Shown here: in pieces, positions 8,346-19,051 of the stretch
How the letters are laid out: each line of letters opens with the position of its first letter
Numbering within the stretch: position 1 is the stretch's first letter
Assembly (NCBI GenBank): GCA_965140785.1
Contig: OZ223481.1
Location: 288,001 to 352,000, forward strand
Direction: 5' to 3'
Length of the DNA stretch: 64,000 bases
Origin: an uncultured Ruficoccus sp.
GTDB taxonomy: Bacteria > Verrucomicrobiota > Verrucomicrobiia > Opitutales > Cerasicoccaceae
The notes under the pieces: model-generated
What the model saw: only the letters and a program-made list of their open reading frames with translations
Database searches by the model: none
What the model was told of the DNA's origin: nothing
Program-made: the position numbers and the translations under genes

Positions 8346-9008
8346 ATGGACGACGTATCCGACTCGTTACTGGACGCTGGCGATGGCAACCGCGGCGGTA
8401 TGCCGATTTTTGTTCCCATCGCCCTGGCGTTAATCGGGGTGGCCCTCGGGGGTCTCGCGCTCTACTTCGCCCTGACCGGGGGCAAGGAGGACGAGTTCAG
8501 CGCGCGCCTGAGCGAGAGCGGCAGTCAGGTCGCCCAGCTCGAAAAGACGATCACCGAGCTCAACGCGCAAAACGAGAAACTCCGGCACGACTACGAGGCG
8601 CTGGAGAAACAGGTGCGTTCCATCGCCGGGCAGACCCAAAACGCGCTCAACCAGGTCGGGCAGGAAATTCTCAGCACGCGCCGCCAGATTTCCGACAACG
8701 GCGAGGCCTTGCGCAAGGTGGTCGAGGCCCTCAACAGCGGACAAGCCCGCCCGAGTGCTTCGCGGCCCGCTGCCGCCTCGGGGAGTGCTTCGAGCGCGAG
8801 CGGGTCGGCCACGGCCACCTCTCCCGCCGAGGAGGCCGCCACGTCGGGCACCCGCACGCATGTGATCGAGTCCGGGCAGACGTTCGCCAGCATTGCGCAG
8901 CAGTACGGCGTGCCCTTGCAGAAGGTGCTGGAGGCCAATCCCGACGTGGACCCGCGCCGCCTGCGCATCGGCCAGAAGATTCAGGTTCCGCTTCCTGGCA
9001 ATGAGTGA
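8346..9008 (+). CDS. Membrane-anchored coiled-coil protein with C-terminal LysM domain
   Basis: TM helix, heptad region, LysM motif HVIESGQTFASIAQQYGV...ANP...LRIGQKIQVP. Confidence 0.9.
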   Translation: MDDVSDSLLDAGDGNRGGMPIFVPIALALIGVALGGLALYFALTGGKEDEFSARLSESGSQVAQLEKTITELNAQNEKLRHDYEALEKQVRSIAGQTQNALNQVGQEILSTRRQISDNGEALRKVVEALNSGQARPSASRPAAASGSASSASGSATATSPAEEAATSGTRTHVIESGQTFASIAQQYGVPLQKVLEANPDVDPRRLRIGQKIQVPLPGNE

Positions 9009-9561
9009 GCGGGTCCCGAGTCTGTGGGTCCCCGGCGAGGAGAGCCTGCACGCGCAGTGCAAGGTCTATGACGTTTACAAGCGGCATTACCACCATCCGG
9101 GCGACAACCGCAGCGGCGATTTTTACATCATCCGCTGCAATGACTGGGTGCAGACAATCCCGCTGACCGGGGACGGCCAGGTCGTCCTCGTGCGCCAGTA
9201 CCGATTCGGCACGCAGGAGCTGTCCTGGGAGGTGCCCGGCGGCATCATCGACGACGGCGAGGAGCCGGTGGAGGCCGGGCTGCGCGAATTGGCCGAGGAG
9301 ACCGGCTACCGTTGCCGAAGCTCCCGCCTGCTGGCCCAGTGCTACCCGAATCCCGCCTTGCAGGAGAACCGGACCTTCTTCGTCCTGGCCGAGGGCTGCA
9401 CGCTTCAGAGCGGGCAAAATCTCGACCACCACGAGGAACTGGAGGTCAAGGTCTTCCCCATGGCCGAAGTCAGCGCCATGGCCCGCAACGGCGACATCAG
9501 CCACGCCCTCGCGATCAATTCCGTCTTTTTCCTGGAGAATTATCTGGGCTCACGGGCATAG
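9001..9561 (+). CDS. NUDIX hydrolase (ADP-ribose pyrophosphatase-like)
   Basis: Nudix box GGIIDDGEEPVEAGLRELAEETGY; LVRQYR motif; ATG at 9001. Confidence 0.92.
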   Translation: MSERVPSLWVPGEESLHAQCKVYDVYKRHYHHPGDNRSGDFYIIRCNDWVQTIPLTGDGQVVLVRQYRFGTQELSWEVPGGIIDDGEEPVEAGLRELAEETGYRCRSSRLLAQCYPNPALQENRTFFVLAEGCTLQSGQNLDHHEELEVKVFPMAEVSAMARNGDISHALAINSVFFLENYLGSRA

Positions 9562-9614
9562 GCCAGGTGGAGCAGGATTGGATTTTACAGGCAGGCCGGG
9601 AAGCACGAAAAGTC

Positions 9615-10019
9615 TCAGGGCCGGGCATCCAACCACGTCTCGCCTTCGATGCGGATGCCGCCTAGTTCGCGGATTTTAGCAGGGAGCATGACATAGGCCC
9701 AAACTTGGCCGAGGGAGGTTCCATGTTCGTCCCAGCATTCGACTTGGCGGCGCTGGTACTCGTTGTCGGCCTCGGGCCGATCGGGCGCGTAGCCCTCCAA
9801 TTCGTCGAAACCTTGCAGTGCCGCTTCGTCCTTGAGCGTGAGCAGGACGCCGTGGGCCCAGCCTTCGCCCTCGCGCAGGCCGGGGTAGCCGGGCTTGAGA
9901 TCGTAGAGCACGCCCCGGACGCGGGCGGGCTGGTGGGCGGCGACTTTTCCCTCCGCGTAGCGGGGCCAGTAGTAGCCGCCGGGCTTGAGGGTGCCGTAAA
10001 CGAAAACGCGCAGGTCCAT
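9615..10019 (-). CDS. Gamma-glutamylcyclotransferase (AIG2-like) family protein
   Basis: VFVYGTLKPG, YPGL and DELEG motifs. Confidence 0.9.
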   Translation of the reverse strand: MDLRVFVYGTLKPGGYYWPRYAEGKVAAHQPARVRGVLYDLKPGYPGLREGEGWAHGVLLTLKDEAALQGFDELEGYAPDRPEADNEYQRRQVECWDEHGTSLGQVWAYVMLPAKIRELGGIRIEGETWLDARP

Positions 10020-10027
10020 GGCCGGGT

Positions 10028-10969
10028 TCAACGGAAAGCGCGGGTGCGGTCGCGGTTTTTCACCTGATGCTTGGGGCCGACCACTTCCGGGTCCTCGAAG
10101 TCGGGCGTACGGGGCGCCGCAGGGAGCATGTTGGTGCCGGTCTCGGTGGTGGCGGTCAGAAAGATCATCACACGTTGGCTGGTGGACTGGCGGGCTTCTT
10201 CCAGAGGGATCAGGGGCACACCTTGGCGGGCGTTGCCGTCCTGAGTGGTGGCGGAGCCACCGATGGCGATGGTGCCGCCATTGGGGACGACGACGTGGGT
10301 GGCGGCGGTGCGGGTCGTGATGTCTTCGCCCTTGCCACTGCGGCTGACAGTCGGGGTGAGCGCGACATCGATCGAGCCGTCGGGCTTGACACGCGGCTGG
10401 ACGGCCAGCATCTGCCCGACCGGCACGCGTTCATAGACCGTGTCGGTCATGCCCCAGCGGTTGGTGCTCTCGGCCAGGGTGACGAACTTGTCCGTGGAAA
10501 TCTGCAAATAGGCGGGGCTGCCGCTCATGGTGGTGACCGTCATGTAGTTCTCGATGCGTCCGTTCTGCTGGCGGTCGAGCAGGTCCAGCACCACCTCGAA
10601 CTGCGTCTGGTCCATCACCGTGTAGCCCGAGAGTTGCAGGCCGTAACGCTGCTCCAGCGCTGTATCCACCTCGGTCACATACACGGTCAGGGCGACCTGC
10701 TTGAGCGCCCCGTCGAGTTCGGCCAGGATTTTTTCCAACTGCTCAAGCTGGGCGGACGTGCCGGTGGCGACGATGGCATTGGTCCGGGCGTCGAGGCTGG
10801 CACTGCCGCCGGGGCTGACCATCTCCTGGGCCAGCGAGAGCAGCTCGGCCGCGTCGCGGTTCTCCAGCTTGAAGATCTTCGCCTCGGTCGTGCCCTGGGC
10901 GTTGGCGCTCAGAGCGAACAAAATCATGGCGAGGGCGGTCAGACAGAGGGAGCGCATGGAAAGAGTCAT
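10028..10969 (-). CDS. Short secretin-family protein (NolW-like repeat plus secretin domain)
   Basis: Signal peptide; IFKLENRDAAEL...DARTNAIVATG...LEKILAELD; C-terminal VQPRV...ATHVVVPNGGTIAIGG; start uncertain. Confidence 0.75.
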   Translation of the reverse strand: MTLSMRSLCLTALAMILFALSANAQGTTEAKIFKLENRDAAELLSLAQEMVSPGGSASLDARTNAIVATGTSAQLEQLEKILAELDGALKQVALTVYVTEVDTALEQRYGLQLSGYTVMDQTQFEVVLDLLDRQQNGRIENYMTVTTMSGSPAYLQISTDKFVTLAESTNRWGMTDTVYERVPVGQMLAVQPRVKPDGSIDVALTPTVSRSGKGEDITTRTAATHVVVPNGGTIAIGGSATTQDGNARQGVPLIPLEEARQSTSQRVMIFLTATTETGTNMLPAAPRTPDFEDPEVVGPKHQVKNRDRTRAFR

Positions 10970-11090
10970 AGATTCGTAAACGGGTAAATTCAAGCGTTAG
11001 GCGCTTTTCGGTTATCAGGGGAGGTAGCTTCCCGGCGATCAACACTTGAACTCATGCGCGTTTAAGCTTATCTACTAGCGCCTTTTCACC

Positions 11091-12482
11091 ATGAACCGCG
11101 TCCACATCAAGACCTACGGCTGCCAGATGAACGAGCGTGACTCGGAGGCGGTGGCCGCCATGCTGCGCGCTCGCGGCTACAGCGTTGTGGACGACGAGGG
11201 TGAGGCCGACGTGGTGCTGCTCAACACCTGCTCGGTGCGCGACCAGGCCGAGCAGAAGGCCATCGGTAAGGCCGGGCACCTCAACCGGCGCAAGAAGAAG
11301 AACCCGAACTTTCTCGTCGGCGTCATGGGCTGCATGGCCCAGAACCGCGGGGCGGACCTGCTCGACCGCCTGCCCGATCTCGACCTGCTGGTGGGCACGC
11401 AGAAGTTTCACACCGTGCCCGACCACCTCGACAACTTGATCGCCAGCCTCCAGGGGCAGGGCCCCCGGCCCGCGACTCTGGTGGACCTGGAGGAGGAGGC
11501 CGGCTCGCAGAACACCATCCGCGACCACGTGCCGGGGCAGCGGCAGGTCTCGGCCTTCGTCAGTATTATGCAGGGCTGCAACATGAAGTGCAGCTACTGC
11601 ATCGTCCCGAAAACCCGCGGCCCCGAGCGAGGACGGCCCATCGACGACATTGTGGCCGAGGTCGAGGAGTTGGCCGCCGCCGGGACGAAGGAAGTCACCC
11701 TGCTCGGCCAGATCGTCAACCAGTACGGCGTGCGCGAGTTCCCCTTTATCGATGGGAAAAGCCCCTTCGTGCAATTGCTGGAGCGCGTCAACGCGGTCGA
11801 GGGGATCGAACGCATCCGCTTCACCAGCCCGCACCCCTCCGGCTTCAAGCAGGACCTGATCGACTGCTACGGGCGCTTGGAGAAGCTGTGCGAGTACATC
11901 CATTTCCCGCTCCAGAGCGGCTCGGACCCGATTCTCAAGGCCATGCGCCGCCCCTACACGGTGGAGAAGTTTCGCCGCATCCTGGACGCCATGCGCGCCC
12001 GCTGCCCGGACCTGTGGGTCTCGACCGACGTCATCGTGGGCTACCCCGGCGAGACCGAGGAGGATTTTCAAAAAACCTGTGACGTCTTCGACCAGATCGG
12101 CTTCGACATGGCCTTTATCTTCAAATACAGCGTGCGCCCCGACACCAAGGCCGCGCCGCTGGGCGATCCAATCCCCCAAGAGGTCAAGGAAGCGCGCAAC
12201 CAGATCCTGCTGGAAAAGCTTCAGGCCCGCTCACTCGTGCGCAACCGTTCGCTGGTCGGGCAGACGCTGGAGGTACTGGTCGAGGGACCGGCCCGGCGCG
12301 GGGAGAACCGCTTCATCGGACGCACCCGGGGCTACCGCAAGGTGGTTTTCTCCGGAACGGAGCGCCTCATCGGCCAGCTCGTGCCGGTGCGTATCCGGGA
12401 GGCGACCGTCACCACCCTGGACGGAGAGCTCGTTTTGAGCGGCGTCGATCTTGACACCGTCGAGGCGGCCCCCACGCTCTGA
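11091..12482 (+). CDS. miaB: tRNA-2-methylthio-N6-dimethylallyladenosine synthase
   Basis: TYGCQMNERDSE, NTCSVRDQAEQK, radical-SAM motif CNMKCSYC, C-terminal TRAM domain. Confidence 0.96.
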   Translation: MNRVHIKTYGCQMNERDSEAVAAMLRARGYSVVDDEGEADVVLLNTCSVRDQAEQKAIGKAGHLNRRKKKNPNFLVGVMGCMAQNRGADLLDRLPDLDLLVGTQKFHTVPDHLDNLIASLQGQGPRPATLVDLEEEAGSQNTIRDHVPGQRQVSAFVSIMQGCNMKCSYCIVPKTRGPERGRPIDDIVAEVEELAAAGTKEVTLLGQIVNQYGVREFPFIDGKSPFVQLLERVNAVEGIERIRFTSPHPSGFKQDLIDCYGRLEKLCEYIHFPLQSGSDPILKAMRRPYTVEKFRRILDAMRARCPDLWVSTDVIVGYPGETEEDFQKTCDVFDQIGFDMAFIFKYSVRPDTKAAPLGDPIPQEVKEARNQILLEKLQARSLVRNRSLVGQTLEVLVEGPARRGENRFIGRTRGYRKVVFSGTERLIGQLVPVRIREATVTTLDGELVLSGVDLDTVEAAPTL

Positions 12483-12485
12483 GGG

Positions 12486-13559
12486 ATGCCCTTTTTTGAG
12501 GAACCCGTCGAAGTCGGCACGCCCTACCGCGCCGCATATTTCCAGGGAATGTTCGCCGCGCTCGAGCAGCGCCAGGAGCAGAGTCACGCCCGGCGACGGG
12601 AGTTCTTTTCTCCGGCCTGCACTTCGCCGGAAGCCTATGAGGCCAGCCTGGAGCCGCTGCGGGCCGAGCTGGTCAAGATGCTCGGTTGGCCGCTGACCGA
12701 TTCTTCTCTACGGATCGGCATGCCCGAACTCCTCTCCGAGACCTTTGTGGCCGAGGACGAGTGCAGCCGCATCTACCGCCTGCAGTGGGAGGTGTTGCCC
12801 GGCGTGCCGTTCTACACCCTGCTTTTCCTGCCCAAGATCGAGGGACCGCATACGCTGGTGATCGCTCAGCACGGTGGTCAGGGCACGCCGGAGCTTTCGG
12901 ACGGGTTTTACAACGAGTCGGGCAACTACCACTACATGACTCGTCGCTTGCGCCAGCGAGGCTTCGCAGTCCTCGCGCCGCAGTTGTGTCTGTGGGCCCC
13001 CGAGGCTGGGCCCGGGCGTGACCGCTCACTGCTAGATCGGCGTTTTAAAGAGGTTGGCGGTTCGCTGGCGGCCTTCGAGTTGTTCTGCCTGCAGCGGGTG
13101 CTCGACGGAATGCTCGCCCGAGAGGATATCCGGACCGAAGGACCGGACGGCGCCCCGGCGCCGGTCGGCATGTGCGGGCTCTCGTATGGCGGTTTTTATA
13201 CGTTGTACCTGACCGCGCTCGATACCCGCATCCGGGCCGCCGTCTCCTCCTGCTTCTTCAACCAGCGCTATGCAGTAACGGGAGATTTTTATGACTGGGC
13301 CTGGTTCGGCTCGGGGCTGCGGTTTCAGGACGAGCAATTGGCCGGGCTGGTCTGCCCGCGCCCTCTCTATGTCGAAGTCGGGCGCAACGACGACCTGTTC
13401 CCCGCTGACAAGGCGATCGAGCTGGCCCCCCGCGCTGCCGCTTGGTGGGAGGCGGTCGGGAAGACGGAGGACTTTGTCTTCCACATTCACGAAGGCGGGC
13501 ACGACTTCGACACGGCTGACGAAGGACTCGATTTTCTGGAGCGGAAACTAAGGACATAA
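12486..13559 (+). CDS. Alpha/beta hydrolase (dienelactone hydrolase/esterase-like)
   Basis: IAQHGG, nucleophile elbow GLSYGG, PRPLYVEVG.ND, HEGGH. Confidence 0.8.
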   Translation: MPFFEEPVEVGTPYRAAYFQGMFAALEQRQEQSHARRREFFSPACTSPEAYEASLEPLRAELVKMLGWPLTDSSLRIGMPELLSETFVAEDECSRIYRLQWEVLPGVPFYTLLFLPKIEGPHTLVIAQHGGQGTPELSDGFYNESGNYHYMTRRLRQRGFAVLAPQLCLWAPEAGPGRDRSLLDRRFKEVGGSLAAFELFCLQRVLDGMLAREDIRTEGPDGAPAPVGMCGLSYGGFYTLYLTALDTRIRAAVSSCFFNQRYAVTGDFYDWAWFGSGLRFQDEQLAGLVCPRPLYVEVGRNDDLFPADKAIELAPRAAAWWEAVGKTEDFVFHIHEGGHDFDTADEGLDFLERKLRT

Positions 13560-13674
13560 CCTTAGCTTTACGGAGGCTCTCCTGCCGGGGTAGTATAGTG
13601 GGTTTACGATATTTTTACAATTCCTGTCGGGCTCGTGCTTGATTCCCGGGAAAGCTTGACCCACATTCTGCGCC

Positions 13675-14697
13675 GTGAGTGAGAAATGGGAGAATTTTCA
13701 GGCCTTCATTGCGCGGTGCGGCGGTACCGTGACGTTTGAGCGTTTCATGCGCGAGGCGCTGTACCATCCCGGCAGCGGTTACTATTCCCATCACATCTCG
13801 GATGTGGGCCGGAGTGGGGATTTTTCCACCAGTGCGACCCTGAACGCTATATTGGGCGACGCCGTGGCCGCCTGGCTGCGGACGCGTCGGCGCGAGCACT
13901 TCGGCGACACCGCCTGCGCCGTGATCGAGCTGGGCCCCGGCAACGGTTCCCTCATGCGCCGGGTTGTCCAGGCTTTGGAGAAGGCGGGTGAGCGGGAGCT
14001 GTTCAAGTTCTGCGCGGTGGAGACCTCGCCGATCTTCCGGGCCGCGCTCAAGCACGGTTTTTTCGAAACGGGGCTCGAAGTTCACGACACGCTGGTGCAG
14101 GCCCTGGAGAGCTGTGACGGGCGCGCGCTCATCTACTCCAACGAGTTTGTGGACGCCTTCCCGGCAGTCCAGTTGGCCTGGCAGGACAACGAATGGCGCG
14201 AGGTTTACATCGGCCTGGAGGACGGCCTGCCGCGTGAGTGGACCAAGCCCCTGCTGCGCGGGATCGACGCCGACGCGCCCAACCGCGTGCGCGATGACCT
14301 GCGCATCTTTGTCCACCCCGCTTTCCACGGCTGGCTGCGGCGCAGCCTCTCCCACCTCAAAGCCGGGGCGGTCCTGACCATCGACTACGGCCGCGCCTAT
14401 CCCTCTACCGAGTGCCGGGCCTATCGGGGGCACGAGCGGCTGGAGGGCTTCGACATTTACGCGTACATGGGCGAGCAGGATGTGACCTGCGACGTCAACT
14501 TCACCGACCTCCAGCGCTGGGGCGAGCAGCTCGGCCTGCGCACGCGAGAGCTGGGCACGCAGGCGCAGTTTCTTCAAAAATGGCTGCCCGACCTCGAAGC
14601 CCGCACAAAGGCCAGCCCGGCGGCGGCCTTCCTCGCCAACCCCCTGGGGGCCGGCGGGGCTTTCTGCGCGCTGGAGCAGGTCAAAGAATGCCGTTGA
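13675..14697 (+). CDS. SAM-dependent methyltransferase, MidA/NDUFAF7 family
   Basis: FMREALYHP..GYY, GDFSTS, IELGPGNG, SNEFVDAFP, IDYG, QDVTCDVNFT. Confidence 0.92.
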   Translation: MSEKWENFQAFIARCGGTVTFERFMREALYHPGSGYYSHHISDVGRSGDFSTSATLNAILGDAVAAWLRTRRREHFGDTACAVIELGPGNGSLMRRVVQALEKAGERELFKFCAVETSPIFRAALKHGFFETGLEVHDTLVQALESCDGRALIYSNEFVDAFPAVQLAWQDNEWREVYIGLEDGLPREWTKPLLRGIDADAPNRVRDDLRIFVHPAFHGWLRRSLSHLKAGAVLTIDYGRAYPSTECRAYRGHERLEGFDIYAYMGEQDVTCDVNFTDLQRWGEQLGLRTRELGTQAQFLQKWLPDLEARTKASPAAAFLANPLGAGGAFCALEQVKECR

Positions 14698-14916
14698 CGG
14701 TGCGGGCGGGAGCGGCTTGTGTCTTTGGCATCGTATGAACCACGCTGATCCGCGCACCGCACTTAAAGGAAGCCGCGCCCTTATGATTTGGGTGCCGACG
14801 GCTCTCCGGTGACGCTGCGCGCATCTGCCGGAGGCGACCTGACGGTTCAGGGCTCTTCCGCACAGTTGCGTGAATCATTCATACCGCCGGGTCGTTTTCG
14901 CTAACGCGAAACTGCC

Positions 14917-15826
14917 ATGACACGACCCGAAATTCCCACCTCACCGCTCGACGGACATCGCCGGGGCCTGATCCTGATGACGGTCTCCATCCTCTGCTTC
15001 GCCGGGGGGAGCCTCATCTTTAAGGCCGCCGGAAACATGGCCGGGGTGACCGGCTGGACGCTGACCATTGCCCGCGCGGTGATGGGCCTGTTTATCGTGT
15101 TTGTGGTGTTCTGGCCGCGGGGCAGTTTCGAGCCCGCCCATCTGGTCAAGAACCCGCTGCTGATCCTGCGCGGGGTGCTCGGCGGCGGCAACCTGGTCAT
15201 CCTCTACCTCGTCCTGCTCAAGCTCGGGGCGGGCCGGGCCGTGGTGCTCAACTGCATGTACCCGATCTTCGCCAGCCTCCTGGCGGCGATCTTTCTGAAG
15301 GAAAAGCTGCGCCCGGTGCAGCTCTTCTGGATGGGGCTGGCCTTCTTCGGTCTGACCCTGATCACCGGCGTCTGGCAAAACGGCGGCTCCATCAACGGCT
15401 ACTACGCGCTCGGCATTCTCGGGGCGTTCATTGCCGGGTGCGTGGTGGTGACAGATCCGCCACCTCTCGCGCCAGGAGCACACAGCCACGATTTTCTCCG
15501 CCCAGTGCTTTTACGGGCTGCTGGCGGCATCCGGTCCGGTCATCGCGCACCCCACCGCGCCCGCTCCGCTGGCGCTGGGCGTGCTGGTCTTCGGCGGGAT
15601 TGTGGTCAGCGTCGGTCAGCTCACCATGACGCGGGCCTATCTGCACTTGCCCGTGGCGCAGGGGGCGAGCATGCAGCTCTCCCTGCCGGTGGTGACGGCG
15701 CTCGGGGCCGTGGTATTCCTCGGCGAGCGCTTCACCCTGCTCGACATGCTCGGCGCCGCCCTGATCGTGCTGGGGTGCCTCCAGATGGTCCGGTTCAAGT
15801 ACCGGCCTGCTCCCGACAGTAAGTAG
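14917..15826 (+). pseudogene. DMT/EamA-family transporter, frameshifted near 15451-15455 (possibly sequencing error)
   Basis: First EamA repeat (YPIFASLLAAIFLKEKL); continues in another frame as IRHLSRQEH...GQLTMTRAY...VFLGERFT. Confidence 0.85.
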
Positions 15827-15894
15827 TGCGATACCGTTTCGCCGCTGTGATGATAAGATAATCAGCCACAGATATTCTGGCGGACTTCCGCTCT

Positions 15895-15974
15895 TAGGGC
15901 CTGTTGGCGCAATGAGAAAAGTGGATAAAAGATGGATTTTTCGCCGATTTGAGTCGTTGCGTTAACAGACCCTA
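15895..15974. mobile_element. Miniature inverted-repeat element (MITE-like) with TA ends
   Basis: TAGGGCCTGTTGGCGCAATGA ... TCGTTGCGTTAACAGACCCTA, 17/21-bp inverted repeat between convergent genes. Confidence 0.55.
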
Positions 15975-15999
15975 GTTTTTATCGGCGTTTCATCGCGGC

Positions 16000-17026
16000 T
16001 CATTCATAGTCAGGCGGACCCAGCCGTTCGCGCAACCGGCCCAGCGCCCAGCGGGCGTGTTCGGCGATGACCGGGTCGGGGTCGGCAGCGGCCTGCTCAA
16101 GGACGGGCCGGTCCTCGGCGGTGCCGGTATTGCCGAGCACGACGCAGATGTTGCGCTTCCAGCGGGTCAGGCCGCTGCGGCGCATGGGCGTGCCGGCGAG
16201 AGTTTCATTAAAGGTCGCCTCGTCCCAGGCGAGCATTTCGCGCAGGTCGGGGTAGGGGCGGGGGGCGAACTTCGCCTCCTGCGTGCGCTGGGCCCATTTG
16301 TTCCACGGGCAAACGTCGAGGCACTCGTCGCAGCCGAAGAGCCGCCCGCCGATGGCGGTGCGGAATTCCTCCGGGATGGAGCCCGTGTGCTCGATCGTCA
16401 GGTATGAGATGCAGCGCCGGGCGTCGAGCTGGAAGGGTGCGGTGATGGCCCGTGTGGGGCAGGCGTCGATGCAGCGGGTGCAGGAGCCGCAGCGCTCGGG
16501 CGGCGGCGCGTCGGGCTCCAGTTCGACGGTGGTAAAGATCACCCCCAGGAACAGCCAGGTGCCGTGGGTCGGGTTGAGCAGGATGGTGCTCTTGCCCTGC
16601 CAACCGAGTCCGGCCTGCACGCTGATGGGTTTTTTCCAAGACCGGACCGGTATCGACGTAGGGCTTTTGGCTGCCGCTGTACTCCTCGCGCAGGAAGTCG
16701 CAGAGCTTCTTCAGTTTTTTCAGGAGGACTTTGTGATAATCGCCCCCGAGCGCGTACTTGGCGATGCGCCCGCGCCGCTCCGGCTCCGGCTGCCAGTAAT
16801 TGATCCCCGCGCAGAGGATGCTGCGGGCCTCGGGCAGGATGCGGGCGGGCTCCAGGCGGCGCTCGTTGTTGCGCTCCATCCAGGCCATCTGGCCGTGTTG
16901 GCCGTCGGCGATCCATTTGCGGTAGTACTCGCGCCGCAGGGGAGGATCGACGGGGGCCACGCCGAGGGCGTCCAGCCCCAGTTCGCGGGCCCGGCTGCGC
17001 AGCCTGTCTTTGATCTCCTCCTGCAT
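16000..17026 (-). pseudogene. queG: Epoxyqueuosine reductase QueG, +1 frameshift in an A6 run (16630-16635), probably sequencing error
   Basis: GRIAKYALGGDYH, YVDTGPVLEK, AGLGWQGK, CGSCTRCIDACPT, RCISYLTIE, GCDECLDVCPWN. Confidence 0.92.
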
Positions 17027-17187
17027 CCGGCTAATGTGCAGTATCAGCGCGGCAAATGCCAGCCTTCGCTGGAAATGTCCCGGCGACCCCGGCGGGCGGT
17101 CCCGAGGCAGGGCGCAAGAGCCCCGCGCGCCGGCCCTCTCATTTATGGCGTTGCCCCGCACGGAGGTTATAATGTATTTTGTCCCCA

Positions 17188-19051
17188 ATGAAGCCCCTCG
17201 ATGTGCGTGACTGGCCGAAGCTTGTAAGGCCGGGGAGCCGCGTCTTTATCGGTTCGACGGCCGCCTGCCCCCATGCCCTGGTGGCCTCGATGTTGCAGTG
17301 CCGCGAACGGCTCAGGGATGTCGAGCTGGTGCACATCTTTGTGCTCGGCGGAGCCCCCTGGGCCGATGACAAGTACCGCGACACGTTCAAGGTCAACTGC
17401 TTCTTCCTCAGTACCGGCACCCGCGAGTCGGTCAATGCCGGTTGGAGCGACTACACGCCGAGCTTTCTGAGCGACGTGCCCGCCCTCTTCAAGGAGGCGA
17501 TCCTGCCGCTGGACGTGGCCTTGATCCAGGTCTCCCCGCCGGACCAGATGGGGTTCTGCTCGCTCGGGGTAAGTGTGGATGTCGTGCCCGCCGCTGTGCA
17601 GAGCGCCCGCTGCGTGATCGCTCAGGTCAACCCGAAGATGCCCCGCACCTCGGGCGAAAGCTTCCTCCATATCGATGAGATCGACTACTACCTGGAGGCC
17701 GAAGCCGACCTACCCGAGTGGCACCCGGCTCCCGGTGCTGGCGAGGCGGGTCGTGATCGCCAACTACGTGGCCCAGTTGATCGAGGACGGCAGCACCCTT
17801 CAGCTCGGCGTGGGCAACATTCCCGACCAGGTCTGCCGCGCCCTCAGCGGCCATCAGCACCTCGGCGTGCACACGGAGATGTTCAGCGACGGGGTTATGC
17901 ACCTGATGCAGTCCGGGGTGATTGACAACAGTCGCAAGACCGACCACCGCGGGCATACCGTGTCGTCCTTCTGCATCGGTAGCCGCGAGCTGTACCGCTT
18001 CGTCGATGGCAACCCGCACATCCACTTCTTGCCCACCGAACTGACTAACAACATCACCAATATCGCCCGCAATTCGCAGATGGTGGCGATCAACAGCGCG
18101 GTTGAGGTGGACCTGACCGGGCAGGTGGCCGCCGACTCGATCCGGGGCCGCTTCTACAGCGGTATCGGCGGGATGGTGGACTTCATGCGCGGAGCCGCCC
18201 TGAGCAAAGGCGGCCTGCCCATCATCGCGCTGCCCTCTACTGCCGAGGACGGCAAGACCTCGCGCATTGTGGCGCGTTTGAGTCCGGGGGCGGGCGTAGT
18301 CGGCAGCCGGGCCGACGTGCACTTCGTCATAACCGAATTCGGCATAGCGACCTTACGCGGACGCAGTATCCGCGAGCGTACGCTCGAACTTATTCAGGTC
18401 GCCCATCCGAAGTTTCGGGATGAGCTGTTGCATTTTGCACGCGAACAGTGCTTCGTACCCGCCTATCAAAAGCTCGTGCCGCGCCCCACCCGTGAAATCG
18501 GCGGGGTGGAATTTGAGCGGGTCCGGTTGGCCAATGAAGAATTTGTACTGCGCCCGCTACACCCCTCTGACGAGCGCCGTCTGCAGGAATTTTTCTATTC
18601 GCATACGCCCGAAACCGTCCAGAAACGCTATGGTTATAACATCACCAGCATGACCCGTGAGCGGGCCCACGAGCTGGTTAGTGTCAATCAGGACAAGGAC
18701 CTGGCGCTGGGTATTTTCGAAATCAAGGGCCCGCGGCAGCGAATTCACGCGGTCGGACGCTACTATCTCGACCAGAACGAAGAATCGGCGGAGATCGCCT
18801 TTGTCGTGCGCGAGACCAAGCGCCGGCACGGCATGGGAGGGCTCTTGTTAGGCCGGATGATCGAGATCGCCCGTAAGCGGGGGCTGAGCCAGCTGTGGGC
18901 CTTTGTCTCCCGCAGCAACGACCCCATGCTTCGGCTTTTCTACAAGCACGGTGGCAAAGGCGAAGGGGTAAAGGATCAGGAAGAGATGCGCGTTATTTTT
19001 AATTTGAAAGAAGAAGCGACAGAGTCTCTCCCCTCCGGAAACGATACGTAG
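17188..19051 (+). pseudogene. Acetyl-CoA hydrolase/CoA-transferase fused to a C-terminal GNAT domain, frameshifted near 17750
   Basis: DVALIQVSPPD..GFCSLG; TLQLGVGNIP; LGVHTEMFSDG; SGIGGMVDFMRGA; GNAT VGRY...AEIAFVVRE..RRHGMGGLL. Confidence 0.88.

Noticed and set aside
14800..14863. SRP RNA on the minus strand (GAACCGTCAGGTC)
   Set aside because: Lacks the conserved CCGGAAGGAAGCAGC helix-8 motif.
16630..16635. Programmed frameshifting or phase variation in queG and other split genes
   Set aside because: Runs are short, genes are functionally unrelated and no stimulatory structures are evident; sequencing error is more parsimonious.
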